A stretch of DNA of 64,000 nt, taken from the NCBI RefSeq assembly GCF_018977255.1, contig NW_024704743.1, positions 26,476,001-26,540,000 of the forward strand, given 5' to 3'. The translations under genes and the position numbers were made by a program. This document shows, piece by piece, positions 23,765 to 36,160 of this stretch. This DNA comes from Callorhinchus milii (lineage: Eukaryota). The notes beneath the pieces are model-generated. The model searched no databases. It saw only the letters and a list, made by a program, of their open reading frames with translations, and was not told the origin of the DNA. Each line of letters begins with the position of its first letter. The stretch's first letter is position 1.

Positions 23765-24080
23765 GGTGGTCCTAGATGGACAAACAGCAGGAAGCTTGTT
23801 GGCCAGTGCTTTCAATGGCAAGCAATGTGGTTTTAGCTGGTTAGACTCCAGCAGCACCCTGGAGTCCGCAAGCCTTGGCTCTAGCCAACCTGCACCTAAT
23901 ATTCTGCAGAATTAGGTGAACAGGATGCATTCCCTCAGGTAGAGAGTGTGCAATCCATTCTAATACATGGGAATCTCTTATGTGTAGGTGAGATGTATAG
24001 AACTCTTAGTTGTGGTTGAATACTCTTTTAAGTATGGTAATGGACATCTGTTTGTGTCAGACACCTGGCTGACCAAACCA
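23765..24080 (-). repeat. Unclassified interspersed repeat (family X)
   Basis: The reverse complement is collinear with 50940-51230, e.g. gtgtcagacacctggctgaccaaa and tagatggacaaacagcaggaagc. Confidence 0.7.
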
Positions 24081-25387
24081 TTGTTTTCCCATATAGTATC
24101 ATTTTATATTTAAAATCTAACGATATTATTTAAAATGTCATTATTCTCATCTAAGAGTAGAGCGACAAAGTTGCTAAATAGAGCAGAATAGCCCAGCATA
24201 CATCAGTAAACTCATTACATCTAGTGAACAGGAGAGAAAAAGCTGCAGCCAAAAGTTTCATTGCTGTCAATGACTTTGAAGAGCACAGAAAAAAACTGAA
24301 GAGTTAAACAAAAATAGTTTTCAAATTGCATGCAGTTATCTGCACTCACTATAGTGTTTGTTGTCTGGCAGTAGCTTCCTTCCTAGACCTGTGCTGGGTG
24401 ATAGTAAGCTTGCAGAGTTGTCTGTTCACGCTGTGATGGTTACGATAAGGAGTTAGACTACACAAGGACTTTAGTGACCTTTGAAATTGTAGCTAAAACA
24501 GGACCAAGCAGAAAAAAATGTGTGTTGAGAGTATACAATCTATTGAGCATCAGTGGCAGGAATGAGTGGTATAAATTAGGGCTTACTGAAGTTTGACATG
24601 GGTAAGGTTCAAGTGGAACAGCAAACACCAGGGCTCATCTCTGGCCTGTCAGCTCACTGCTGGCCAACTGGGCTCAGTGCTGATCTCCCAGGGTGGAGCA
24701 CTGACCATTGGTGTTCATCAAGGGGAAACGCTTAAAAATAAAAATCCTGTGTAATTTCCCAAACACCCTAACTCGAGGGTTGCCTGAATTTAGGGAGGCT
24801 TAGCTTTTCTAGCCAGCTATGACAGGCCGGCCATCATTAACCAAGATTCAGTGCTGTCACTAGGACCAGACAAGGGGCTACTGCTAGGTTTAGGATCCGG
24901 ACTGTGTGTGCAGGGTAGGAGCCAGCTCATGTTTGAGTCGCTGAGGGAAGTCAACCTGGCCTGAATCTGAGTGAAGGAGGATTGTGGGGGGGTAAGGTGA
25001 ACCACAAAGAAACTTGCCTCTCATTGAGTACTCATCTTTCCTCAGCACTGAACGTAGTTTAAAACTTGGAATGCTGTTATTTTGACTGACAGAAATATGC
25101 TCCTCATTGCACAGCGCATCCTGGGATTGCACGTTCCCTTTGAATGTTGGCATTTTCATTAGCCATGATCTTTACGCATTAAAGAAGATTTTGGCTTGTG
25201 AATCAGTGCATTTTTCTGCCTGCTGGAGCTTTTCTGAAAATACCTTGAAGATTTCAAAGATAAATTACTGATGGAAGGGCTTGCCTGGAATAAAACCCAG
25301 GAGTTACTGTTTGTAAAGTGATGGCCAAGTTTCTTCCTGCTTTCCCATTTCACCCTGTCACTCATCGTTTTAAAGCAAAGTGCTTTT

Positions 25388-25615
25388 TTTTTGGTCAGCC
25401 GGGTGTCAGACACATGCGGGACCCACCACCAAGCTTAAGAGTATCCAAACCAGACTGAGCATTCGACATATATATGCCACCTACACATGGAAATTTCCAT
25501 GTATTTAGCATGGAATATGCACATTCTCTCCCTGGAGGGACACACCCTGCTTACCTATTTTGCGAGAGTTTAAGGTGCTGGTTGGAGAGAGCCCAGGTTT
25601 GGTGACCCCAGGGAT
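25388..25615 (+). repeat. Unclassified interspersed repeat (family X)
   Basis: ttttggtcagccgggtgtcagacacatgcgg..agagtatccaaaccagactgagc..cctacacatggaaatttccatgt..attctctccctggagg. Confidence 0.8.
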
Positions 25616-26469
25616 TGCGTTGTGAAGTGCTTGTGACATCTGTTGGCCATTTTGCTGAATGGGTGTGTTTCAAGCTCTCTCAGTAAAGAATTTGATGGCA
25701 CTTAACGGGGGTGGGGAGAAGAGGGGAGAGACTGAAAAAGCTCATGTAGAAAAATTGCAGGGTAAATGGCACACGGGAATCTAAAGTGCTTCTCCTGCAG
25801 CAACCCCATTTACGTCATGCTGTCCTACTGGAATTCTGCTCCAAGATAATTTCCGTTCTGAGCCAAGTATACAAGGTGTCCTCGTATGCGGGTGTCTTGT
25901 TCAAGCCCAACACCTGGGCTAATATGTGAGGACTGCTAAGATACCGAAGGGTTGCTGGTTTCTGTGGAACCACAACTGTTTGTGGGACACTGCTATGTGC
26001 AATTGGCTGCCATGTTTCACCCACAAAATATACAGGTAATCCACTTGACAATAGATTCTGTGATGTGATAAGGCACATATATCAAATGCAAGGATTAATG
26101 TTATTAGTAGTGATATTATTATTAGCCTTATGAGTCAGTGCATCCATGAGCGTGGGTGGTGGGGAGAAAATTGGAGGGGAAAACGTTTACAAGTCAGCAT
26201 CCTTTTCCTGAAACAGTTTGGGTTTTCTATCTGAGGTGCATGTTACAGAGTGAATGTTGACTCATTGCTGCTGTTACAGATAATGTTCCATCCTGTGCAA
26301 CGAAAGGCATTGTTAATAATTTCAGTGGGACACATCAGGTGTAGGATACATGTGTTCAGGCATCTACATTATTCAGGATTTGTGATTTTTTATTGTTAAA
26401 AGCTTCCTTTTTGGGAATCCCCGGTTAGTACTGCATCCTAAAAGTTGTTTGATACTGGGAAAAAATGTT

Positions 26470-26863
26470 TTTGTGCAACCTTGTTAAGCCAAAACGTCTC
26501 AAATTGTAGTAACTGCGTATTTTGTCAGAAAATTTGGCAGCTAGTTTGCACACAGCAAAATCCCACAAAGAGCCTTGAAGAGAATGGTCACTTTTACTTG
26601 GGGGAATGTTGGCCAGCAAACTGGGAAAAACTCCATTCTCTTTTCAAATAGCGAATGGACTCTTTAACATCTATCTGAACAGGCAGCCAGGATCTCGGTT
26701 TAACATCTCATCCGAAGGACAGCAGTTCCAACAATACCCCCCCACCAAGTACTGCATTGGAGGGTCAGCTAGACTACATGAGTTGAAGCTCCTGACGTGA
26801 GGCTTGAACTCACAGCCTTCTTACTCAGAGGCGAGCGTGCTACCGATGGAGCAAAGTCTGACG
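26470..26863 (-). mobile_element. Deu-domain SINE
   Basis: gatctcggtttaacatctcatccgaaggacagca (rc of the Deu core) plus head and tail. Confidence 0.8.
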
Positions 26864-27628
26864 CATTACAATGATTATGAAGCATTTACTAAAAAAAAAT
26901 CTCACATCAGCACCTGCTGTTGTGGTTCGTGGTGACTGGAAAAAAATGTGATCTCACATATGTGCCATGTCCAGACTTTTTATACTCAAGCATTTCAACT
27001 CGTAAATCATTATCACTGCATAGAGAAATTACAGACCAGGCGTTCAGGGCTGAATGAAACACCTGGTTCTCTTGCATTACCAACTGGATTGTCTTGCGCA
27101 TGTGAGTTCCACCTGGTTCCTTTCTTTGTGGTTCTGAAATTGTCCTCCTCGGGGCACTGTGGAAATCACTTTACAAAAGATTACTTGGCCCCTGGGTTTG
27201 TGAAGAATCATGTGGCATGAATTTGGAGATAGCAGCGTGAAGGTGCCAAAAGCCAATGATAATCCTCTGTTGCTCTTGTTGCTCACTGGCGAGTGATCAG
27301 GACATCTTTGACACTGAGATGATGACAGTAGGAAGAAACGGTAAACCCGCAAGTATTTATTTCCCTTTTATTATTTCAGATTATCACGTAGTTGAGAAGA
27401 AGACTCCTTCTGGTTATTGGTTGTCAGCTGTGCAGCAGCTGGACCTGCACTCGGAGAGTAGATTGTGTGGGAGAGGAGTTCTCACACGACACTGTGGAGC
27501 AGTGCTACTGCATAGGATGCTAAATCAATCAGAGTTAGATCAGCATCATGTCCAGCGGTACTCTAAAGCTGTGCTCCATAAGCTGCAACAACTGTGTCAT
27601 CATTCAGAGGCTTCGGCTGGTATCGGCC

Positions 27629-28261
27629 AAACTACAACAGCAAAATTACATTTGTACAGCACCTTTCACATCGGGAGGACATCCCAAGGCGCTGGACAAT
27701 TAATGTTTCGGAGCCAAGCTGGGGGTCGGAATTGAGGAGGGTGGAGGGCAGGGGGGGAAGAAGATTGACCGAAGGCACGGTCAAAGAGAGGGTCTTGAGA
27801 TGGGTCTTGAAGGAGGCAAGGGAAGGGCGAGGCGGAGGGACTGTGGGAAGTTCCAAAGGGTGGGGCCAGAGTGGCAGAAGGCTCGCCTGCCAATGGTGGG
27901 GCGGGTGAGGCGTGGGCTGTGAAGTAGGCCGGAGCATGCTGAGTGGAGGGAGTGGGCAGGTTGGTAGGGGGATAGAAGTTCATAGAGGTAGGAGGAGCAA
28001 GGCCATCGAGGGCTTTGAAGGTGAGGACCAAGATCATTAACTGTATCCTCTGTGTGATGGGAAGCCAGTGGAGTCGGGTGAGGAGGGGGTGGTAGAGTTG
28101 CGGAACCTTGTGCGGGAGAGGACATGGGCTGTTGAATTCTGGATGATCCGCAGCCTATGGAGGGAGGAGTTGAGGGGATCGACAAGCAGGGAGTTTGCGT
28201 AGTCGAGCCTGGATGTTATGAATGTGTGTATGAGGGTCTCAGTGACCTGCGGTGTGGGACA
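27629..28261 (-). mobile_element. L2 LINE 3' end, 5'-truncated
   Basis: Closely similar to 6659-7300. The rc encodes ILVLTFKALDGLAP..IGRRAFCHSGPTLWN..FKTHLKTL. Confidence 0.92.
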
Positions 28262-28682
28262 ACCGCAGAACTACTACTGTTTTGATGTCAGTAGAAGGAG
28301 GGAGAGGGTGTTCACACCCACACTGAATAGATCAGTTAAACTGATCTCTGCGAAAACTATTTGTTTTACTTTGTTATGAAAGCAGCTGTTGGTTTTCTGA
28401 ATTAAATATACGAATGCTGTGTGTTGGACAGAATTGCAACCATGGTAGTAATTTTGGGTGTCCCCAAAATGATGGGCCCTTCGCTCTTTTGTTGCAGGCT
28501 GCGGGGAGACTATGCTTGCACACGCACACCTGCCCCCACAAATCTCTAGACCTACTTATAGTGTGGGTTCCACATTAATGCCCTGTACTGAAGAGTGACT
28601 GCCGTTTATCACATCCTCACATCTACAAGTGCACGAGTATGCACATTTTTAGGCGTTTGACCTTTAGTTGCTGAGAACTAGG

Positions 28683-29100
28683 TGTCAGACTGGCTCAATT
28701 GGTAGCAAGCCCCACCTCTGTATCAGAGGGCTGTGGGTTCCAGCCCCATGTTGGTGCTTTGAATTCAACTTCTAGGCTGGCACTTTAATATAGTGCTGGG
28801 GTTGTGCTGAATTGTTGGAGCTGCCGTCCTTCAGATGAGATGTTAAACCAAAGTCTCTTCTGTCTATCCAGCTGAACATTAAAGATCCTAAGGCACCATT
28901 TGAAAAGAGAGGGAGTTTCTTCTGGTGTTCCAGCCAACAAATTCCCCAGATGAAATTGATCATTCACACATGACATTGTTGTGTCCAAATTGACTGCTGT
29001 GTTCACCTGCACAGACACTACACCTTACCGTAAATTTTGTTAAGCACTTTGAGACATCTTGACAACATTATAAGATGCTATATCAAATGCAAGGGTTATA
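28683..29100 (+). mobile_element. Deu-domain SINE, full length
   Basis: tRNA-like head tggctcaattggtagc..gtgggttccagcccc, Deu core gctgccgtccttcagatgagatgttaaacc..attaaagatcctaaggcac..ggtgttccagccaa, and tail tatatcaaatgcaagggtta. Confidence 0.85.
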
Positions 29101-30546
29101 AATAGTGCAGATTTGATAAATTTTATAACAGTGACATCCATTGGTATTCCAGAGTATTTTTTAATTGAATTGCTTGCGTTCTCATCCTTGAAAGGTAAAT
29201 CTGGGCATTAATCACTTCAACTCAACCCTTGATAGACAGATGAAATACAGTTACCGTCTGATGTCCAGCTTGTTAGTAATAAAGAGCATGGGGAGGACAA
29301 TAGGTCTATCCAGGTGTACCTGTTTCTGCTTTAGGATGATTGTGGTATTATCAGGTTACAGGATCACATTTGGTTCCAAGCAGTACGGCCAAACCAAACC
29401 AAATCCAATCTCCCTGACTACCAGGGAATTCGTAGTATTCACCATTAAAACTCTGTCATTAGATACCTTAAGAGTAGAGGCTTTAAAGTTCATGCTGAGA
29501 GTTCATGCTGAGCAATCAAAGGAATCTGATCACAAACAGGCATTAGAAGTAAGGAAAGACAGAGCGTCAGGGCAGAGTAATTATACCGAGGGTATGTATG
29601 AATTTAAACCTCTCGTCGATTCGGTTGATTGAGCAGAACTTGCTAACATGAATGAGCCATTTGTCTCCACCGCTACTCAGTCAAGAACTTTTAATCTTTT
29701 TCATCAACTTGTGCCAGACAATTTCCCAAGTCATTCATGCATCCACTCTGGCTCAGATCAAGTACTTACTGTTGCTGTAGTTCAAGAGACACTACTGCTT
29801 TGTTTGCTTACAGACTAGATTTTGGAGATGAAGATCTTACGTGGGTACAATTTGTTTCCTGTTGATTTCAGCATTGCCATTCCCTGTCTTAAATCTCCTA
29901 TAGAATTGGGAGCAGGGGGATATTTTGTCTGGTTGAGACCCGGGTTAAAACCCACAAAGGTTGTATCTTCCCCATAATGGCCACACAAGCCTAGAGGATG
30001 CTAACAGGTTTCTATTCCCAGTTTAGGCTGAGTTGTCCCCAGTCTCGCCTTCTCTCTGATGATGACAGGGGAAAAATTAGCCAGATCATTTCTGATCCGT
30101 ATGCAGAGATCCCTGCTAGAAAGTGTGTGGAGGTAGCAATGGACTGGACTCCATGCTGTGATATCTCCCCCAAGCACTCCCTTTCTCTCTCCCCACCAGC
30201 AAGTGGCCACATTCCAATCTTCTGCTTTAGTTGCAGTAACTTCCATCAGATTGTAGCTATGAGGTTAGGGCGACTCACTCAGAGAACTGATGCTTTTCGT
30301 CTTGACTGGAAGGGGTATGAAGAAGGAAAGCTTGAGCAATGCACCTCAACATGTGGCAAAGAAACACACATCAGAACAAAGGAACAAATGTATTCAGGCT
30401 GTTTTACCATTTTATTAGGACGGGTCATTGCATCTCATTATTTATTCAGTCCTATTTTCCTGCCTTTTGTTCATATTCCTTAATAGTTATATGTCTTGAT
30501 TCATTCTGCATCCATGGTCTTTTGGAGCAGGTAATCATTATGTATT

Positions 30547-30840
30547 AATATTTATCCTTGCATTTGATATAGCGTCTATAAGGTTGAAACATCTCAACGG
30601 CTTTGTGACTAGTTTCTGTGAAGAGTAGTGACGGTATTCTATAGGTAAACACAGCAACCAATTTGCACCCAACAATGAGCCACATCCAGCCATGATTTGA
30701 ATGATTAGTTAATCTGAGGGATTATTGGCCAGGACACCAGGAGAAACTCTCTTCTCTTTTTGAATAGTGCCATGGGATATTTAATGTCCACCGGAACAGT
30801 TAGACAGGATCTCGGTTTAACATCTCAACAGAAGGACAGC
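30547..30840 (-). mobile_element. Deu-domain SINE, head missing
   Basis: ttggccaggacaccaggagaaactc..gaatagtgccatgggatatttaatgtccac..tcggtttaacatctca. Confidence 0.8.
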
Positions 30841-32656
30841 CACCATCTCCCATCTCATGTTTTGTGTATTTACCTTGAGGCCTAAGGTGTTACTGTTGCA
30901 AAGTTTGACGGAATCCGTCCCTCAGTTGAACGCAGAACTGAATTGAGGTTGTTTTTCGGTGCTGTTCACTCTGCCTGTGTATCAATCACAGTATTGCCAC
31001 TACAATCAATTTGACTTTTCACTCTCCAAAATATGAAACTTTGGAGGCTGGTAGCTCTTCACTAAAAAGTGACATTTAGCCAATATATGTTTATACTACA
31101 TTATGTGGAAGGCGCGCAAGCCTTTGATTATATCGGTTGTTAAATTAAGTTGTATTCTAAATTGATTAATTTATTCAAGTGTGAATTTTGACTGATTTCC
31201 TATTCCTCTCAGTCCCTAGGTAGTCTTAGTTATTACTTGAGAAATAGATGTTTGCTGTACATTGGTATTTTTATTGCTGCGGTTCATTTCCAATGTGAAA
31301 TGCATTTAATTTAGATTTGTAGGTTTGGAAAGGAGTGGAGTGGTGGGGAGAGAATGGAGGGTTTCAGTTGCCAGCTGCTATGGGTAACTACGCACATCAA
31401 TTGTCATATTTATAGTGCAAAAGTGAGGGAGTTAGAAAACAAAATTGGCTTTGCGACAGGTTATCAAAGTATACAGTTGTTAAAATTATGCCTGTTGTTG
31501 CTATTTAATTTTAATCTCCCCTAAACGAAAAATGATGCTGTTGCAGTTTTCTGGAAAGAGAGTGCGACTGAGAGAAGTTTTATCTGAATTAGTCAGGGCT
31601 GACTGCTGGTTTCACTGCTGTGAGGTTGTACTTTACTAGGTGCAATTCATTGGCCTCAGATTTGGGTTGAAATATTTTGTACCCATAGCACTCCAAAGAG
31701 TGCAGAGAAGATGAGAAGCATATGCCAGAGCAGTCAGGAATAGAATACCTTCCACTCGCTTCTCTTTGATTTTCCAAATATACTCTAGTTGCGTCCAACT
31801 TATTCTGGCTGATCCCATCAGTTTATCAGATGCAGGTACCGTGGCTGGCAAATAAAAGGAGCTTTATGCAAACCAGGTGGTAACTCCAGTTATCGTCTCT
31901 TGTCTGAACAGGTGCTTAATTTGAAGACAGGAATCTGTGCAGACAGTGGGGAAAATAATAAAGTATTTAAGGTGGACACAGGACAGTCAAACTGATTTAT
32001 CTTTTGAATTGAAGAAAGGTATCTTTCCAGTCCATCAGGATTATTTTGGCTAGGTTTGAAAGCGAAGCTGGTGAAAGCCTTGCTATCTTTAGATGTAGCA
32101 CTTTGAAAATGCTTTACAGATCATTCCAGCTGCTGGGCACCTTTCAGGTGTTATTTCTTTTGAGACAGTGCATTAAAATTTGAAGATAAGAGATTGATGT
32201 GTTTTGTTTCCTGCAGAATAGCTCTCTTGATCATTGTAAGTTCAGCTATGGCTGATACACAGTCTTTGATAGTCATCCAGGAATATATCGTATGATACCC
32301 GGGCTGTTCCTCCAGTCTTGTTCTTGAACCTAATTATGGTGTGAACCTTTCAATTTCATTGAAGCTGACGGTTGTAGTGTAATGAGCAATCAAATGCAGG
32401 AAATACCTTTTATTTGATTGTGTGAGGATTAGGGCCAAGAAGCATGTATAAGCTTCATCCTAAAGATAGAGTGGGTGAGATGGAGTCCACACTTTGTGCT
32501 GGTTTGTGGAAGTAGTCAGTCTGAAGGGCTGAATGACCTTTTATATAATGAGGTAACATTCCTATGTATTGCTCCTTTTACATCACTGATTCTCAACGCT
32601 GAGAATCTCCTCGTCATTTTGTACTTATTATTGTCAGTAATTATTTTATTCCGTTT

Positions 32657-33314
32657 ACAACAACAACCACAATAACTTGCACTTATATAGCACCCTCCAT
32701 GCAGGGTAGCGATACAGAGCGCTTAGCAGTGGCAGAGCCTGACTCCGAGCCTGGGGAAGGGGGGAGGTGGCCGTCAGCACAGTAAAAGAGGAAAGTTTTC
32801 AGCCGGGACTTGAAAGAGGGGAGAGAAGAGGAAAGGCGGAGGGATTGAGGGAGAGTGTTCCAAAATTTTGGGGTGTAGTGGCTGAAAGCGCGACCTCTGA
32901 TGCTGGGGCGGAGGTTGCGAGGGACGAGCAGGAGGCCGGCGCCAGTCGAGCGGAGGCTCCAGGTGGTGGATTGGGGAGTGAGGAGGTCGGAGAAGTAGGG
33001 AGGTGCCAGAGGGTGAATGGATTTGAACATGAGAGTGAGGATCTTGACGTCGATCCGTTCGGTGATGGCGAGCCAATGGAGCCTGGCCAGAACTGGTGAG
33101 ATTTGGGTACGGAGTTTGGTCTGGGTCAATATGCGGACAGCAGAGTTTTGAACGAGCTGGATCCTCTGAATAGTGGAGCTGGGGAGACTGGCAAGGAGTG
33201 TGTTTGAGTAACCCAAGTGGGAGGTGACAAACACATGCACGAGAGTTTCGGCTGCATTTGTGGTAAGGTATGGTCGGAGGCAGATAATGTGGCGGAAGAG
33301 GAAGAAGGTGGTCT
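32657..33314 (-). mobile_element. L2 LINE 3' end (second subfamily), ORF2 C-terminal ~185 aa still open
   Basis: ORF 32683..33240 (-) HVFVTSHLGYSNTLL..IQLVQNSAVRIL..LHWL..FKSRLKTFLF is the canonical L2 ORF2 terminus. (CAA)n tail at 32657. Confidence 0.92.
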
Positions 33315-33319
33315 AGGTC

Positions 33320-33792
33320 TTGGTTTCAAGATCTTCATCCTCACCTACAAGGCCATTCACGGCCTTGCTCCCTCCTACCTCTCCAACCTACTATCCCCCT
33401 ACCTACCTGCCCGTACCCTCCGTTCCTCTGGCTCTGGTCTGCTCCACGTCCCCCGCCCCAACCGCCCTACCATCGGTGGTCGGCCTTCAGCCTCTCAGCC
33501 CCCAGGCTCTGGAACTCCATCCCCAGTGCCTTCGCCGCCTCCTCCCTTTCCTCCTTCAAGGCCGGTCTCAAAACCTTCTCTTTGACCGAGCCTCAGCTCC
33601 TCTCTCGACTCTCTTCCCCCTCCTCGCTCCCTCCCTTCCCTCCCCTCACCCTGACCATTTCCCCCCTCCTTGCTCCCTCCCTTCCCTCACCCTGACCATT
33701 TCCCCCCTGCTCGGGTCATGACCCAACTGTGCAGCGCCTTGGGACGTCCTCCTGACGTGAAAGGCGCTTTATAAATGGAATGTTGTTGTTGG
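33320..33792 (+). mobile_element. Young L2 LINE 3' end (third subfamily)
   Basis: Encodes FKIFILTYKAIHGLAPSYLSNLL..RTLRSS. The tail is gcgccttgggacgtcctcctgacgtgaaaggcgctttataaatggaatgttgttgtt. Confidence 0.92.
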
Positions 33793-33849
33793 TTAAGACT
33801 CAAATTGTCCCTATCTGACAGCCTGCAACCAGGTATCTTCTAATGCTCT

Positions 33850-34065
33850 TTGAGATGTTGCAGTGAGTGTCAGAGGGTATTTAGCAGTAAAGGGCATCAC
33901 AGTCAAGCCCAAGACTGACCTCACTCAGCACCCATATATAAGCACTTTCCAGCAGAGGCCAATTATAGAGCCCCAACTACATAGATCAGCTAACTCAGCA
34001 CAGACAGAAATTCAAAATTGTGATCTCTCTTAGGCTAGACTGCTTTTGTCCATCAGGGAGTCCGA
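33850..34065 (-). mobile_element. Ancient SINE-like repeat (family C)
   Basis: gggcatcacagtcaagccc..gcactttccagcag..gatcagctaactcagcacagac. Confidence 0.55.
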
Positions 34066-34411
34066 TGGACATTTAAAGATTAATCCTTGAGTATTAAGCA
34101 TGGAAAGGATTTATTCAGAATCTGCAGCCAGTCAAGTTATCACAAGCTATTGCATTTTCATTTTCTGTTTCGCTGTTTTTGTGATGTTTCTTTCTCTGAT
34201 ATTTTATTGCATTAGCATTGTAATTTCAATCCCTATTAGCCATGTATTAATCTGGGACATGGAAGGACATGATAACTTACTCCCTGCCATTTGTATAGAT
34301 TTGCCTTACAAAACTTTTAAAAGTTACTCCTTAAGCAAAGGCATGGAAATGATTTATTCAGAATATATAGCCAAGCAAGTGTATCAGGCATTCGTCTATA
34401 AAATACACACT

Positions 34412-34665
34412 TAATAATCATCCTTGCATTTGATTTAACACCTTATCTTATATTCTAGACATCTCAAAGCGCTTCACAGAATGAACTGCAAAGTGAATTG
34501 ACTGTATGTTTTGTGGGCGAAACGCGGCAGCCAATTGCACGCAGCAGTGTCCCACAAACAATTGTGGATTGAGTGACCAAATTATTCATTTTTTAACATT
34601 TATTTTCAAGGAATTATTATCCCCGGAAAAAGTAAACAGAGACAAGTGGAGTAAGGAAATTTGCT
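34412..34665 (-). mobile_element. tRNA-derived SINE subtype A, head missing
   Basis: Tail taatcatccttgcatttg, body gggcgaaacgcggcagccaattgcacgcagcagtgtcccacaaac, then gtggagtaaggaaat. Confidence 0.85.
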
Positions 34666-35484
34666 CACTTGGATCCTGTGAAGGGCTTTGGGTCCCAGGG
34701 AGCAGGAAGGCAGCACTGCTCATTTTTGGCCATGGCTAGAGATTTGTAGCACTCGTTCTTGCCCATCACTCTTTCTATTGATCTACCAATTTTTCACCTT
34801 GAGTCCCTTTGTAACAATGTGACAATATGACCAATTCTCACATTGACGTAAAAGGTGAAATATTTCTCTCGCCTCCTCAAGGCTCGTGATAAAGATTGAC
34901 ACCTTTTGATCAATGTGGTATCATCAGTCACATCATCATATGTATCCATTATACTGGGTGTTCTGTGTAGGTGATGACACAGATGTGCAGTGTGAGGAGC
35001 ATTCGATGTTTCACAGGACAAAGCTCGTTCCTCAGTGTATCCAGTCTGGGTTCAATTCAGGTGTGAACCTTGCATTGTCAATGCCTCCTGCTAGCTGGGC
35101 TTCACTGGGGCTCATCACTCATCAACACTCACTGAGCCTGCATTGGTATTGACTTTGGCATTGTGTGAATCCATGCTCTGAACAATGTGGTATGCTCGGA
35201 GATGGAATGTCAGGAATGAGCCATCCCTTTTTGTGTTGGTCTTGGTCATCCGGTTCCTGAGGCAAGTGGGTCGACAGTACTCCAGGGCACTTCTGATAAC
35301 AGCACAGCCAGCCTGGCCCATCAGCAGGCCTTGCGAGAGCCAGTGATTCTTCCCACACAGCTCTTGTTAACCCTGTGAGCCAAAGCCCTGAAAGGGTAAG
35401 GTGGCCCTAGCGGACAGGCAGAGGGAAAGCTTGCCACACCATACTTTCAGTCGCAAATTATGTGCTTTACACCAACAGTATTCT

Positions 35485-35670
35485 CAACACGCACTCTGGG
35501 ATTCCCAATCCAGACTTTCGCCAACCTGCGCCTAATGCTTTCCAGAATTAGCTAAGCAGGATACGTCCCTCTGGAGAGAGAATGTGGATTCCATTGAAGA
35601 CTCAGGAATTTCCATGGTTGCTTGCATATGTTTCTGTAAGTGTCAGCCACTCAGCTGACCAAAAAAACCT
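35485..35670 (-). repeat. Unclassified interspersed repeat (family X)
   Basis: cgcactctggga..gcaggatacgtccctctggagagagaatgtggattcca..ggaatttccatg..cagctgaccaaaaaaa. Confidence 0.65.
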
Positions 35671-36160
35671 AATTCGAGCACTTTGAATTGGTAATTTTAC
35701 ATGTGATGTTGATTTTCCTACATTCTCTGTAATTCTGCAGTCAGCTTGGACTTTCTAGGATTACTTTGTTTCAGCCTGAAATCATGCTACAACATGCACC
35801 ATACGTGCAAAGCAAGTCATTGTTGGTTGATTTTTCAGGAAGTATAAGTGCTGCACACATGTAAACATTTGACCTCAAACGCAGTATGGTTACACACATG
35901 CACAAGTACACTTTGAATATGAGCTTGGTTGGTGCAGGTAAATTGGGTCACCCAGAGCTGTCCGTTCACACTTCTCATCAGCCTTTAGCAGAGCAGCTTC
36001 ATCTCCCCACTTATTTCTGAAAGACATTTTTGTAGACACTTTGTCTGCCCACAGGCATGAGCAGTCCTGGGTTAAATCAATCCAAGTGACTATATTTCAT
36101 ATGCGAGCCTTGGCAATGATTGCTGGCGGGTCATTCAGCCAATGTGACCAAGAGGAGTGG

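Noticed and set aside
12106..30483. Other long ORFs in unique sequence (12106..12579, 18597..19052, 27256..27735, 29240..29632, 29998..30483)
   Set aside because: They have no recognisable domains, random-like composition and no convincing splice-site framing, as expected by chance in 64 kb.
32683..33240. 185-aa ORF, the longest in the track, as a host gene
   Set aside because: It is the C-terminus of L2 ORF2 within a 5'-truncated element.
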